Below the pieces are notes generated by a model, which was given only the letters and a program-made list of their open reading frames with translations, searched no databases and was not told the origin of the DNA. The position numbers and the translations under genes were made by a program. A stretch of 64,000 nt of DNA from an uncultured Anaerolineaceae bacterium (GTDB taxonomy: Bacteria; Chloroflexota; Limnocylindria; Limnocylindrales; CSP1-4). Numbering within the stretch: the stretch's first letter is position 1; each line of letters begins with the position of its first letter. The stretch spans positions 8 to 64,007 of the forward strand of contig CAZENL010000003.1 in assembly GCA_964513505.1 (NCBI GenBank). Direction: 5' to 3'. Shown here piece by piece: positions 34,818-43,559 of the stretch.

Positions 34818-36070
34818 GCGGCTGAGGATCCGTCGGTGTCGCGGGCGACCCTGCCGTGGGGTTCGTCGTGGGGTTCGTCGTTGGGTTCGTGGTGGGATTC
34901 GCCGCGGAACTCGCGCCACGCCGCGGCGACCAGGTGCGGGTCAGCGAGCAGGTCGTAGGCCGTCTGGGCGATCAAGGTCGCCGCATCCAGGGTGGCCTGA
35001 TCTGCGCGTGGCGTCACGGCCGCGTCCCGGAACTGCGTGGAATGGCCGGGCGTGCCCTCGTCACAGATGGCGATGTCCGGGTGGATGGCCGGCACCAGCT
35101 GGCTGACATTGCCCATGTCCGTGCTGCCGATGGACGGATCCGGGCCGGCGTCGGCGAGCCCACGCGCCTCAAGGTTGGCGCGGAACGCCGCCGCGATGGC
35201 GCGGTTGTGCTTGATGGACAGGCTGGCGCCGGAGAAGACGGCCTCACCGTGGCAGTCGGAAGCCAGCGCCGCGGCCTTGACCAGGTCCGCGAAGCGCCCC
35301 TTGAGTTCCTCGAAATAGACGATGTCCGTGGCACGCACCATGAAACGGCCGACGGCGCGCGACGGGATGATGTTGGCGGCCGTACCACCTTCGACGACGA
35401 AGCCGTGGACGCGCGCCTCCGGCTTGAGCTGCTGGCGCCACAGGCCGATCGACGTGAAAAGCAGCACCAGCGCATCCAATGCGTTGCGACCCTTCCAGGG
35501 ATCCGCTGCGGCGTGTGCCGAGAGGCCCGTGAAGGTCACCTCCACGTCCACGCTGGCGAGGGCGTGCGACTCCACGTGCGTGCGGTCGCACGGGTGGAAC
35601 AGGAGGGCCGCGTCAAGCCCGTCGAAGAGGCCGTCATCGATCATGAATTGCTTGCCGGAGCCGCGTTCCTCCGCCGGCGTGCCCAGGAAGACCACCTCGC
35701 CGGCCCAATCATGTGCCACGGCCGCGAGGGCGATCGCCGCGCCGACGCCGCTGGCCGCCATGGTGTTGTGGCCACAGCCATGGCCAAGGCCGGGCAGGGC
35801 GTCGTACTCGGCGAGCACCCCGATCCGCGGTCCGTCCGGGCCGCGGCCGCCGGTCAACCGGCCACGAACGGCAGTCTCCAGGCTGCCGGCCGGATGTTCC
35901 ACGGCGTACCCGTGAGCGGCGACGGCTTCGGCGACCCAGGTAGCGGCCTGCCGCTCCTCGAAAGCGGGTTCCGGATGGGCGTGGATGCGATGCGAGAGCG
36001 CGAGAATCTCGGCACCCGCACCCTCCACGGCATCGGCGATGCGTGCCTTGACCTGTGGGTCAGCCGTCAT
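34814..36070 (-). CDS. M20D-type amidohydrolase
   Basis: The sequence has HAHPEPAFEE and GHGCGHN, plus a His/acidic repeat tail HHEPNDEPHDEPHG. Confidence 0.88.
   Translation of the reverse strand: MTADPQVKARIADAVEGAGAEILALSHRIHAHPEPAFEERQAATWVAEAVAAHGYAVEHPAGSLETAVRGRLTGGRGPDGPRIGVLAEYDALPGLGHGCGHNTMAASGVGAAIALAAVAHDWAGEVVFLGTPAEERGSGKQFMIDDGLFDGLDAALLFHPCDRTHVESHALASVDVEVTFTGLSAHAAADPWKGRNALDALVLLFTSIGLWRQQLKPEARVHGFVVEGGTAANIIPSRAVGRFMVRATDIVYFEELKGRFADLVKAAALASDCHGEAVFSGASLSIKHNRAIAAAFRANLEARGLADAGPDPSIGSTDMGNVSQLVPAIHPDIAICDEGTPGHSTQFRDAAVTPRADQATLDAATLIAQTAYDLLADPHLVAAAWREFRGESHHEPNDEPHDEPHGRVARDTDGSSAA
34856..34903. repeat. In-frame 12-bp tandem repeat (4 units)
   Basis: The units gtggggttcgtc x2, gttgggttcgtg and gtgggattcgcc encode the (H/D)EP(N/H)D tail of the M20D protein. 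Confidence 0.8.
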
Positions 36071-36083
36071 GGGCGCGGAGCCA

Positions 36084-37187
36084 TCACGGGCGCGGTCCCC
36101 CGAGTGCCACGGCGGCCACCAGCTCTGCGTGCGGTTCGAAACGGACCACGCCGCCGTCCCGCTTCTTGACCGCCAGCGCGCTGATCGCTTCCAGGACCGC
36201 GCGGTGGGCCGCCATGGCGGTGATCTCGGCGTGATCGTAGGGCGGTGAGACCTCGACCACGTCCATGCCGGCCAGCTCCACCTTCCCGACGATCCGTCGC
36301 ACGGCCCGCAGCAACTCGCGCGTCAGCAGCCCGCCGGGCTCCGGCGTCCCCGTCCCGGGCGCCATGCCCGGGTCGATCACGTCGATGTCCACAGACAGGT
36401 AGATCGCGTCAGCGCCGTCGAGCGCCTCGTCGATGGCCTGGTCGACCACCGCCTCCGCCCCTCGCTCCTCGATCTCGCGCATCAGGTGCCAGCGCATGCC
36501 CTGCTGCTTCATCCATGCGAAGACGTCCGGCGGCGGCCAGTACCCGCGCAGGCCGACCTGGACGAAGTTGCGACCCAGGACAGCGCCTGATTCGATCAGG
36601 CGGCGCATCGGCGTGCCGTGGCCGGCGAGAACGCCCCAGTCGCGATCCGCGGTGTCCGCATGGGCGTCGAAGTGAACGATTCCGATGGTCCGCGGCGCGC
36701 GAACCTGGGCAACCGCGGTGGCACTCGGCCAGGTGATGGAGTGGTCGCCGCCGAGGATGATCGGGACTGCGCCGGTCGAGGCCACCTCCAAGACCTTGCG
36801 GTAGATCACGGCATGCCCGCGTTCCAGCCACGCCGGCACGACGTTCGCGTCGCCCGCGTCGACGACGTCCAGATGCTCGAACGGCTCGATGTCCAGTTGC
36901 AGGGAGTAGCCGCCCTGCGTGTAGGTGGCCTGGCGGATGGCACGCGGTCCGAAACGTGCCCCCGGCCGGTAGCTGACGGCGTCATCGAACGGCGCACCAA
37001 TGATCGCCACGTCCGGGCGTCGCGCAGCGAGCTCAGCCGCCGATTCGATCACGGGTCGCTTGCAGTAGCTGACCGCGCCGCTGTAGTTGGGGATCTCGGG
37101 CGCATCGAACGTTGGGTACGGCCGATCCCAGCCGTTGCGCTTCGCGAAGTCGGGCAGGGACGGTTCCGGAGATCGGAACTGGGACAT
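36084..37187 (-). CDS. speB: Agmatinase / ureohydrolase family enzyme
   Basis: This is the ORF 36084..37580 trimmed to the ATG at 37187 (MSQFRSPEP...). Motifs are GGDHSIT, HFDAHADT and SVDIDVIDPGMAPGTGTPEPGG. Confidence 0.9.
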   Translation of the reverse strand: MSQFRSPEPSLPDFAKRNGWDRPYPTFDAPEIPNYSGAVSYCKRPVIESAAELAARRPDVAIIGAPFDDAVSYRPGARFGPRAIRQATYTQGGYSLQLDIEPFEHLDVVDAGDANVVPAWLERGHAVIYRKVLEVASTGAVPIILGGDHSITWPSATAVAQVRAPRTIGIVHFDAHADTADRDWGVLAGHGTPMRRLIESGAVLGRNFVQVGLRGYWPPPDVFAWMKQQGMRWHLMREIEERGAEAVVDQAIDEALDGADAIYLSVDIDVIDPGMAPGTGTPEPGGLLTRELLRAVRRIVGKVELAGMDVVEVSPPYDHAEITAMAAHRAVLEAISALAVKKRDGGVVRFEPHAELVAAVALGGPRP

Positions 37188-37261
37188 GGCGCGTACCTCG
37201 CGCGCGACGCACCGCCGGTTCCTGTGAAGGTCCAGCAGGGCGCGTGCCCGAATGCTACGCC

Positions 37262-37663
37262 CTATCGACGCAGGGTCAGGCTCAGCTCCACCAGGCCGGC
37301 CATGACGATCACGAACCCGGCGATCGGAAGGCTGAACGCGTCCAGGGCGCGAAGGACCACCAGCAGCGCCACGACCAGGGCACACAGGAGCGCCCGACGC
37401 CCTGCACGCAGCCAGTCTCCCTGGTGGGCGATCCGACGCCGCTGCGCGAAGCCGACCAGCCAGAACACGGGCCACAGCGTCGCGCCGACGGCGACCCCGA
37501 GCAGGATGGCACCCGCCATCTGGACGCTGGAATCGCCGACGGGCGACTGTGTGGTGAAGAGCCACGCCACGCCCGTCCACGCCGCAACGGCCGCGACGAT
37601 GAGGATCAGGTTGGCGACTCGGTCCCTGGCGTACACCGGGTCCGAGTCTACGGCCCCAGTCAT
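37262..37663 (-). CDS. Small 4-TM membrane protein of unknown function
   Basis: This is trimmed to the ATG at 37663, which overlaps the helicase-nuclease stop (ATGA). It has four hydrophobic segments. Confidence 0.62.
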   Translation of the reverse strand: MTGAVDSDPVYARDRVANLILIVAAVAAWTGVAWLFTTQSPVGDSSVQMAGAILLGVAVGATLWPVFWLVGFAQRRRIAHQGDWLRAGRRALLCALVVALLVVLRALDAFSLPIAGFVIVMAGLVELSLTLRR

Positions 37664-40600
37664 GCGGCGCTCTGCGGACAGATCTCCCGGTACGGGCAGA
37701 AGCCGCACGTCATGTAGTCCGGGCTTGCCGCGAAGTTGCCGGCACGGATGCCGTCCGCTGCCGTTTCCAGCGTCTTGCGGGCCTTCTCCAGACGCGCCGG
37801 GTCCGGCACGATCCGTCCAACGACGCCGCTCTCGAGGAAGCGCAGCTGCACGGCCGCCGGGAGGGCACCGGTCTCTGCCTCGTGGGCCAGTGCGTAGATC
37901 TGCAGCTGCAGCGAGTCCTTCGCCCGTTGGGTCGCCACCTTCTGGTCGCGAACGTCGCTGGACTTGTAGTCCGTGATGACGCTGCCTTCCGGCGTCTCGT
38001 CGACGCGGTCGTAGCGGCCGCGCACCAGGTCCCGTCCGAAGTGGACCGCGAAAGGCCGCTCCACGGCGATCGGGATCGACGCGTCCGGCCGCGCCTCGTC
38101 CATGAGGAAGTGCCGCAAGGCCCCCTGCCCGGCCGCGAACCGCGCGTCCTCATGGGCGCGTGACAGGAATCCCTCGCTGGACCAGTGCGTGGCAAACACG
38201 TCCAGCAGCTGTGCCTCCGTCATGGAGCGTCCGCGGATACGGGCCGTGTGGAATGCGGCAACCGCCTGGTGGAGCGCGTTTCCGAGGATGAGCGCGTGGT
38301 GGGGTGGCGTGGGAATGCGGACGATGTGACGCAGCCGGTACTTGAGCGGACAGGACAGGTAGTCGTCCACCTGTGAGTAGCTCAATGACAGGCTCGTCGG
38401 CTCTCCCGGAGCGACCTTGACGGGTGGCGGAGAGGGCTGCGCGGCCGCCGGCTGGCGGTTGCCGTCCAGCGCGGCAATCAGCTCGGCAAGCCCTCCTGCA
38501 GCCGCCGGCAGGATGGCCGGCTCCGGCTGGTCCAGGGCCTCCTGGATGAAGGGTGAGACGCGCCGGCGCCGCCCCGAAGCCGTCTCGTGCGAAGAGCTCA
38601 GGACCAGTTCATCCCGAGCCCGTGTCATGGCCACGTAGCAGAGCCTCCGCTCCTCCGCCCAGGCCACCTCCTCGATGTCCGAACGCAGTCGCAGCGCCTC
38701 CGGCATCGAAAGGCGGTGACGCCGGTCCCGCGAGGGAAAGCGGCCTTCCGTGAGGCCGGCGAGGAAGACCACAGGGAACTCAAGACCCTTGGCCTTGTGG
38801 ACGGTCAGCACCGAGACCGCCTCCTCGTCGGCCGGAGAGTCATCCGCGTGATCCGCCCCGGACTCCACGAGGACCTGAAGGTGCGGCACCAGGAACGGCA
38901 CGCGGTCCTCCGCCAGCAACGCGCCGTGCGCACGGACCACCTCGAAGAATCGCGCCACGTTGCGGAGAGCGGCATCGTCACCGCTCTCGGCGGATGCGAT
39001 GAGTGCCCCAAGCCGGCCGCTCCGCTTGAGCTGGCGGTACAGCACCTCCCAGGTGGGCATCTGGTGCGACGCCTCCACGGCGTCCCGAACGTCCGAGACG
39101 AGCCGTTCCAGGCCCTGCCGAGACCGGGATTGCAGGCGCAGCAGACCCGGTTGTTCCACCAGCTCCGTGGCGACCTCCCAGAAAGAGCGGTGGCGCCGCC
39201 GCGCAGTTTCCAGCAGTGCCGTCAGGTCCTGCCCGCCCAACCCGTACGGCTCTCCCGTGGCGACCGCGTAGAGATCCATCGAGCTGGTCGGATCCGCGAC
39301 GGTGCGCAGAAATGCCAACAGGTCCCGCACGTCTCGCCGCGCGTACAGGCCACTCGCGCCGCTGAAACGCCACGGGATGCCGCGCACGTCCAGGCTGCGC
39401 AGGAATCGGCGCGCGTCCCCGTTGGTGCGCACCAGGATGGCGATGTCCGACGGTGAGGCGCCTGCCTGGATGCGCTCGGCAACGGACGCTGCCACGCCGT
39501 CCGCTTCCGCCTCCTCGTTGCGATAGGCCACGTGCCGCACCGGCGCGGGCCGCTTGCCGCGACGCGTGGAGATGGGCTCCTTCTCCACGCCATCGTGCCC
39601 CTGCACGCGATGCGGCTCGTTGTGCCGGATCAGCCGTTGCGCCGCGGCCAGGATGGGCGTCCGCGAGCGGTAGTTGCGCCGCAGCACGATTCGGCGCAAT
39701 GCCGGGTAGACCCGTGCAAGGCCGAGCATGTTCTCCACGGCCGCGCCCCGGAACGCGTAGATCGCCTGGTCGTCATCCCCGACCACCATCACGTTGCCAC
39801 GTGCCCCGGCCACGGCGCGAACGAGTGCCAGCTGGACAGCGTTGGTGTCCTGGAACTCGTCCACCACGACGTAGCGGAAGCGATCCTGGATCTCCGCCCG
39901 GACCGCCGCCCGCTCCTCCAGGAGACGGACTGCCAGCGCCACCTGGTCCGCGAAGTCGATCAGGTTCCGCTCCGCCAGCAGCTCTTCATACCGGGAGAAC
40001 GCATGGGCGACCTCCCGGTGTCCGGCCGCTTCCTCGATGAGAGCCTCACAGGCCGAGGCCTGGGCAGAATCCGTGGCGCCCTCCAGGGCCGCACGCGAGC
40101 CCGCCTCGAGTTCCTGGGCAAAGGCCAGGTACTCCAGAGGCGAGATCTGTTCGTCCTTCGCCCGGCTGATCAGCTCCACGAGAGCGTCCAGGAAACGCGT
40201 CGGGTCCGCCAACGGCCGGTAGCGCTCCAGCCCGAGTTCGAAGAGGTGCTCCCGCAGGAGCACCTGGGACTCGGCGCGCCCGATGACGCGCGGTTCCGCG
40301 TTGCGGCCCAGCTCGAGCCCGAATTCCCGCAGGAGCCGGTCACCGAACGCGTGGAACGTGTGGATGGCAGCGTCCGCGCGGCCGTACGGCACGAGCACGT
40401 CCACGCGAGCCTGCATCTCCGCGGCGGCTGCGTCCGTGAACGTCAGGGCCAGGATCTCCGACGGCCGTGCCCGCTTGGTGGCGATGAGCCACGCCACGCG
40501 GCGGGTGATGACCTCTGTCTTGCCGGTGCCCGGTCCCGCGACCACGAGCAACGGCCCCTCCCCGTGCGTGACGGCCTGGCGCTGCTCGCGGTTGAGGCCG

Positions 40601-40701
40601 CGCAAGAGCGGGCGGACGCTGTCCAGCGAGACGGGCGGCTCCGCGCGCGATGGCCTTGGGGCGGCGGTGACGGGTCCGAGGAACTGCGATCGCATCGACA
40701 T
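37660..40701 (-). CDS. UvrD/PcrA-type SF1 helicase fused to a C-terminal PD-(D/E)XK (RecB/Cas4-like, Cys-cluster) nuclease
   Basis: This is trimmed to the ATG at 40701 (MSMRSQFLG...). Motifs are LLVVAGPGTGKTEV and YVVVDEFQDTN. The C-terminus has ...VITDYKSSD... and CGFCPYREIC. Confidence 0.9.
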   Translation of the reverse strand: MSMRSQFLGPVTAAPRPSRAEPPVSLDSVRPLLRGLNREQRQAVTHGEGPLLVVAGPGTGKTEVITRRVAWLIATKRARPSEILALTFTDAAAAEMQARVDVLVPYGRADAAIHTFHAFGDRLLREFGLELGRNAEPRVIGRAESQVLLREHLFELGLERYRPLADPTRFLDALVELISRAKDEQISPLEYLAFAQELEAGSRAALEGATDSAQASACEALIEEAAGHREVAHAFSRYEELLAERNLIDFADQVALAVRLLEERAAVRAEIQDRFRYVVVDEFQDTNAVQLALVRAVAGARGNVMVVGDDDQAIYAFRGAAVENMLGLARVYPALRRIVLRRNYRSRTPILAAAQRLIRHNEPHRVQGHDGVEKEPISTRRGKRPAPVRHVAYRNEEAEADGVAASVAERIQAGASPSDIAILVRTNGDARRFLRSLDVRGIPWRFSGASGLYARRDVRDLLAFLRTVADPTSSMDLYAVATGEPYGLGGQDLTALLETARRRHRSFWEVATELVEQPGLLRLQSRSRQGLERLVSDVRDAVEASHQMPTWEVLYRQLKRSGRLGALIASAESGDDAALRNVARFFEVVRAHGALLAEDRVPFLVPHLQVLVESGADHADDSPADEEAVSVLTVHKAKGLEFPVVFLAGLTEGRFPSRDRRHRLSMPEALRLRSDIEEVAWAEERRLCYVAMTRARDELVLSSSHETASGRRRRVSPFIQEALDQPEPAILPAAAGGLAELIAALDGNRQPAAAQPSPPPVKVAPGEPTSLSLSYSQVDDYLSCPLKYRLRHIVRIPTPPHHALILGNALHQAVAAFHTARIRGRSMTEAQLLDVFATHWSSEGFLSRAHEDARFAAGQGALRHFLMDEARPDASIPIAVERPFAVHFGRDLVRGRYDRVDETPEGSVITDYKSSDVRDQKVATQRAKDSLQLQIYALAHEAETGALPAAVQLRFLESGVVGRIVPDPARLEKARKTLETAADGIRAGNFAASPDYMTCGFCPYREICPQSAA

Positions 40702-40723
40702 GACGCGAGCCTCGGACCGTGCC

Positions 40724-40742
40724 GTGACAGCTAGCCTGTCAC
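40724..40742 (-). other. Intercistronic stem-loop (7-bp stem, 5-nt loop)
   Basis: GTGACAG-ctagc-CTGTCAC lies 5 nt after the TelA-paralog stop and 22 nt before the helicase ATG. No U-tract follows it. Confidence 0.4.
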
Positions 40743-40747
40743 ACGCC

Positions 40748-41683
40748 TCAACGCTTCCCGGACGACCCCACGGGCCAATCTCCGATGACGTGCTGCTTGA
40801 CGTCTTCCACGCGCTGGATCGCGGCAAAAACGTCGTCCCAGGCATCCTGGAGCGAGGCCGCGCCGACCCGGGCCGCGACGGCCGCCGCGGCGACACCACC
40901 GCCCTGCGCGGCTACGGCACGACCAACGTCCATCCGCTGCCGGAGTGCGTCGCCAACGAGCTGGGACGTGCGCAGGGCCGCGATCGTCGTGCCCGTTGCC
41001 GTGCGAACGGCGCCGATCAGGTCGCGGTTGTTCTGCTCCACGATGCGCAGCGCCGCGGAAGCCTGGAGCGCGACCGCAAGCTGGGTTGCCAGGTCCGCCC
41101 GCCGGCCGCGCAATGGCAGCAGGACGTCGTCCCGCACGAGCGCCGCCTCCTGCGGCCCGAGGTCCCGCAGGCGCTCCGAGAGGCGCTCGTCCATGCGCTC
41201 GGCCATGAAGGCATAGCGCTCGAGCATCTGGACCTGCGTCCGCAGCACGTGCTGTTCCTGGAGCAGCATGGCCGTGTCCTGCTCCAGGGCGCGGCTGCCG
41301 TCGCCGAGCGCCTGGAGGACATCGTCGATGCGGCGCCCGATCCGAGCCGAGCGCTTCGCATCCGTCCGCCCGGCCACGATCTCGTGCTGGAGCTCCTCCA
41401 CGCCCTCGCGCAGGCGCTTCAGATTGTCGGCAATCTCCGCCTGGAAGCGCACGTCCCGCCGTTCGGCCAGCCGTCGCTCGATGATTGATCCGGCCTGCAG
41501 CTCCGATGCGCCGAGACGGCCCATCTCGGCGATGGCGTTGTTGCGCGCGGGGTCGAAGCGGTCGCGCACCGCGGCGTTGACGAAATCCGTGGCAATGGTG
41601 TCGATCCGGGCCGCGATGTTGGCTGGGATGGACGGCGGCGTCCGTGGCTCAGCGTCCGCCGTCCCTCCCCGTGGGGTTGGCAG
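40748..41683 (-). CDS. Second TelA-family paralog (start codon unresolved)
   Basis: DDVLLPLRGRRADLATQLAVALQASAALRIVEQNNRDLIGAVRTATGTTIAALRTS aligns by eye with DDLLFPVRQKVQDLLTQLAVSVQGYLALDLIRRNNVELIKGVDRATTTTVSALRTA of the 7761-9074 TelA. The conserved core begins before the first in-frame ATG (41524) or GTG (41569) downstream of the flotillin stop. I give the CTG at 41683 as a provisional start. Confidence 0.7.
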   Translation of the reverse strand: MPTPRGGTADAEPRTPPSIPANIAARIDTIATDFVNAAVRDRFDPARNNAIAEMGRLGASELQAGSIIERRLAERRDVRFQAEIADNLKRLREGVEELQHEIVAGRTDAKRSARIGRRIDDVLQALGDGSRALEQDTAMLLQEQHVLRTQVQMLERYAFMAERMDERLSERLRDLGPQEAALVRDDVLLPLRGRRADLATQLAVALQASAALRIVEQNNRDLIGAVRTATGTTIAALRTSQLVGDALRQRMDVGRAVAAQGGGVAAAAVAARVGAASLQDAWDDVFAAIQRVEDVKQHVIGDWPVGSSGKR

Positions 41684-41693
41684 GTCCGTCGCG

Positions 41694-43235
41694 TCAGCCC
41701 CCGGTCTTGCCGTTGCCGGAGACCGCGGCCGGGTCGGCGGGGGCAGTGGCGGCGGCCGGCGGGGCCAGTCGCGTACGCGGCTTGGCCACCGGCGCGGCGT
41801 CGTGCGCGGCGCCGGTGCCGTTACCCGAGGCACCGTCGTCGTAGGCTGCACGCCCATTGGACTGGACCGGCGAGAGGGCCTGGCGAGCGAGCTGCGTGAG
41901 CACGCCGGCCTGCTTGATGACACTCCCCAGGGCCGCCGTCACGCCCTCCGCGCCGTTGAGCACGGTGAAGCTGCCGACGTGGTCGAAGGATGACGCGGCA
42001 GCCCGTACCACCTCCGGCAACTGCTCGGCAATCTGCTGGGCGATGACTGCTTCCTGGTTCTGGCTGAGTGCGGCCGCGCGGCGCTGGATGCCATCCGCCT
42101 CCGCTTCCATCCGGGCGCGGATCGCGTCCGCCTCGGCAATGCCCTTGGCGCGGATCGCGTCGCCCTCCGCCTCGCCGTTCATGCGCGTTGCGGCGGCCTG
42201 CGCCTCGGCCTGGATCTTGGTGGCCGCGGCCTGTGCCTCGGCTCGCAGCCGGACCTCCTGTGCCTCGCCTTCCGCCTGCCGGATGCGCACGTCGCGGCCG
42301 GCCGTGGCCAGCGTGGTCTGCTTGTACGCCTCCGCGTCTGCGGGCTTGCGCACGTCGACCTGGAGCTGCTGCTCCGTCTGCTGGGCCTGCAGCTCGGCGA
42401 CGCGGGTCTCTTCCTGCACGACCGCCTGCCGCGAGGTGGCCTGGGCGAGTGGTCCCTGCTGGGCGGCACGCTGAGCGGCCGTGTCCATCTCGGCCTGGTA
42501 GCCGGCCTTCTTGATCTCGGTCTCGCGGATCGACTCCGCGATCTGCGCGGCCGCGGTCTGCTCCTGGGCCACCGCGGTGCGATCGGCATTGGCGCGCGCG
42601 ATGCGCGCCTGCTGCTCGACCTGCGCCTGGTGCGGCACGGCCAGGTTCTCGATGTAGTTGCTGGGGCTGGTGATGGCCTGGATCTGGAAGCTGTCGATGA
42701 CCAGTCCGAAGGACTCCATCTCCACCGTGCAGCGCTCGCGGACCTGCTGGGCGAACTTGTCCTGGTCGCTGATCATCTCCTCGACGGTCATGGAGCCCGC
42801 GATCGCGCGCAGGTGGCCGACGAAGACGTTCTGGACCTTGGACTCGAGCTCGGCGGCGGGCCGGTCGAGGAATCGGCGGGCCGCGTTGGCGATCGAGCGG
42901 TAGTCGTCGCCGACCTTGTAGACCACCACGCCGCGCAGGTCGAGCCGGATCTTCTGCTGGCTGACGCAGGGAACCGTGATCTCGCTCTCGTGCGCCTCCA
43001 GGGAGAGCGTGCGCACCTTGGTGAGCCACGGGATGACCAGCGAGCCGCGGCCGGTGACGATGCGGAAGCCCATGCTCTCGCCGACGCCCTCGGGCCGCTG
43101 CGCGGTGCGCAGGCCGGAGATGATCAGCGCCTCGTCCGGCTCAGCGACCCGCCATGCCAGGCGGAACGTGGCCACGACGAGAAGGACAACGAGAAGAATC
43201 GCCACCACGACGATGACGAGGAGCGTGTCGCTCAT
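41694..43235 (-). CDS. Flotillin (SPFH/Band 7 domain) protein
   Basis: An N-terminal TM helix and SPFH domain are followed by a long Ala/Glu/Gln-rich flotillin repeat region (AEAQAAATKIQAEAQAAATRMNGEAEGDAIRAKGIAEADAIRARMEAEADGI). Confidence 0.9.
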   Translation of the reverse strand: MSDTLLVIVVVAILLVVLLVVATFRLAWRVAEPDEALIISGLRTAQRPEGVGESMGFRIVTGRGSLVIPWLTKVRTLSLEAHESEITVPCVSQQKIRLDLRGVVVYKVGDDYRSIANAARRFLDRPAAELESKVQNVFVGHLRAIAGSMTVEEMISDQDKFAQQVRERCTVEMESFGLVIDSFQIQAITSPSNYIENLAVPHQAQVEQQARIARANADRTAVAQEQTAAAQIAESIRETEIKKAGYQAEMDTAAQRAAQQGPLAQATSRQAVVQEETRVAELQAQQTEQQLQVDVRKPADAEAYKQTTLATAGRDVRIRQAEGEAQEVRLRAEAQAAATKIQAEAQAAATRMNGEAEGDAIRAKGIAEADAIRARMEAEADGIQRRAAALSQNQEAVIAQQIAEQLPEVVRAAASSFDHVGSFTVLNGAEGVTAALGSVIKQAGVLTQLARQALSPVQSNGRAAYDDGASGNGTGAAHDAAPVAKPRTRLAPPAAATAPADPAAVSGNGKTGG

Positions 43236-43459
43236 TGCGGAAGCCTCATGGTGTTGGTCGGTGTGACCTCAACGGTTCGGCCGCCGAGGCTGCCGGTCAC
43301 CAGCACCTGCGTGTGCTTCCTGATCGTCGCCTCATCGTCGGCCGCTCGCGCGAGAAATCGCTCGGTGCCCTGCCTGACCTCGACGAGCACTTCTCCGAGA
43401 TGCCCGGGTGTGATGTCGGCCGTGACGCGGCCCAGTTTTCCGACAATGTCGATGGCCAC
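43232..43459 (-). CDS. NfeD-like OB-fold protein (short, YuaF-like C-terminal domain only)
   Basis: The sequence reads GKLGRVTADITPGHLGEVLVEVRQGTERFLARA..IRKHTQVLV. Its stop overlaps the flotillin ATG (ATGA). The start is GTG with a GAGGG sequence upstream. Confidence 0.75.
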   Translation of the reverse strand: MAIDIVGKLGRVTADITPGHLGEVLVEVRQGTERFLARAADDEATIRKHTQVLVTGSLGGRTVEVTPTNTMRLPQ

Positions 43460-43559
43460 GTCTTGCCCTCGCCTCTGAACCTCGCGTTCGACAAGAGATG
43501 GTAGACCTATTGGTCAGGCCCGCAGGACGGGCCGGGGCTCCAGGAGGTGTCCCCGCCAC

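Noticed and set aside
37645-37650. A TAGACT hexamer on the minus strand
   Set aside because: It lies inside the coding sequence of the 4-TM protein (codons V-D-S), 13 nt after its ATG. I take it to be a chance occurrence rather than a promoter.
23249-40742. A shared GACAGCTA motif between the 22-bp palindrome upstream of mrfA and the hairpin upstream of the helicase-nuclease, as a possible common DNA-damage operator
   Set aside because: The half-site orientation and spacing differ: CTGTC-GACAG with no spacer against GACAG-N5-CTGTC. An 8-mer match is too weak without more copies. I recorded it only as a note.
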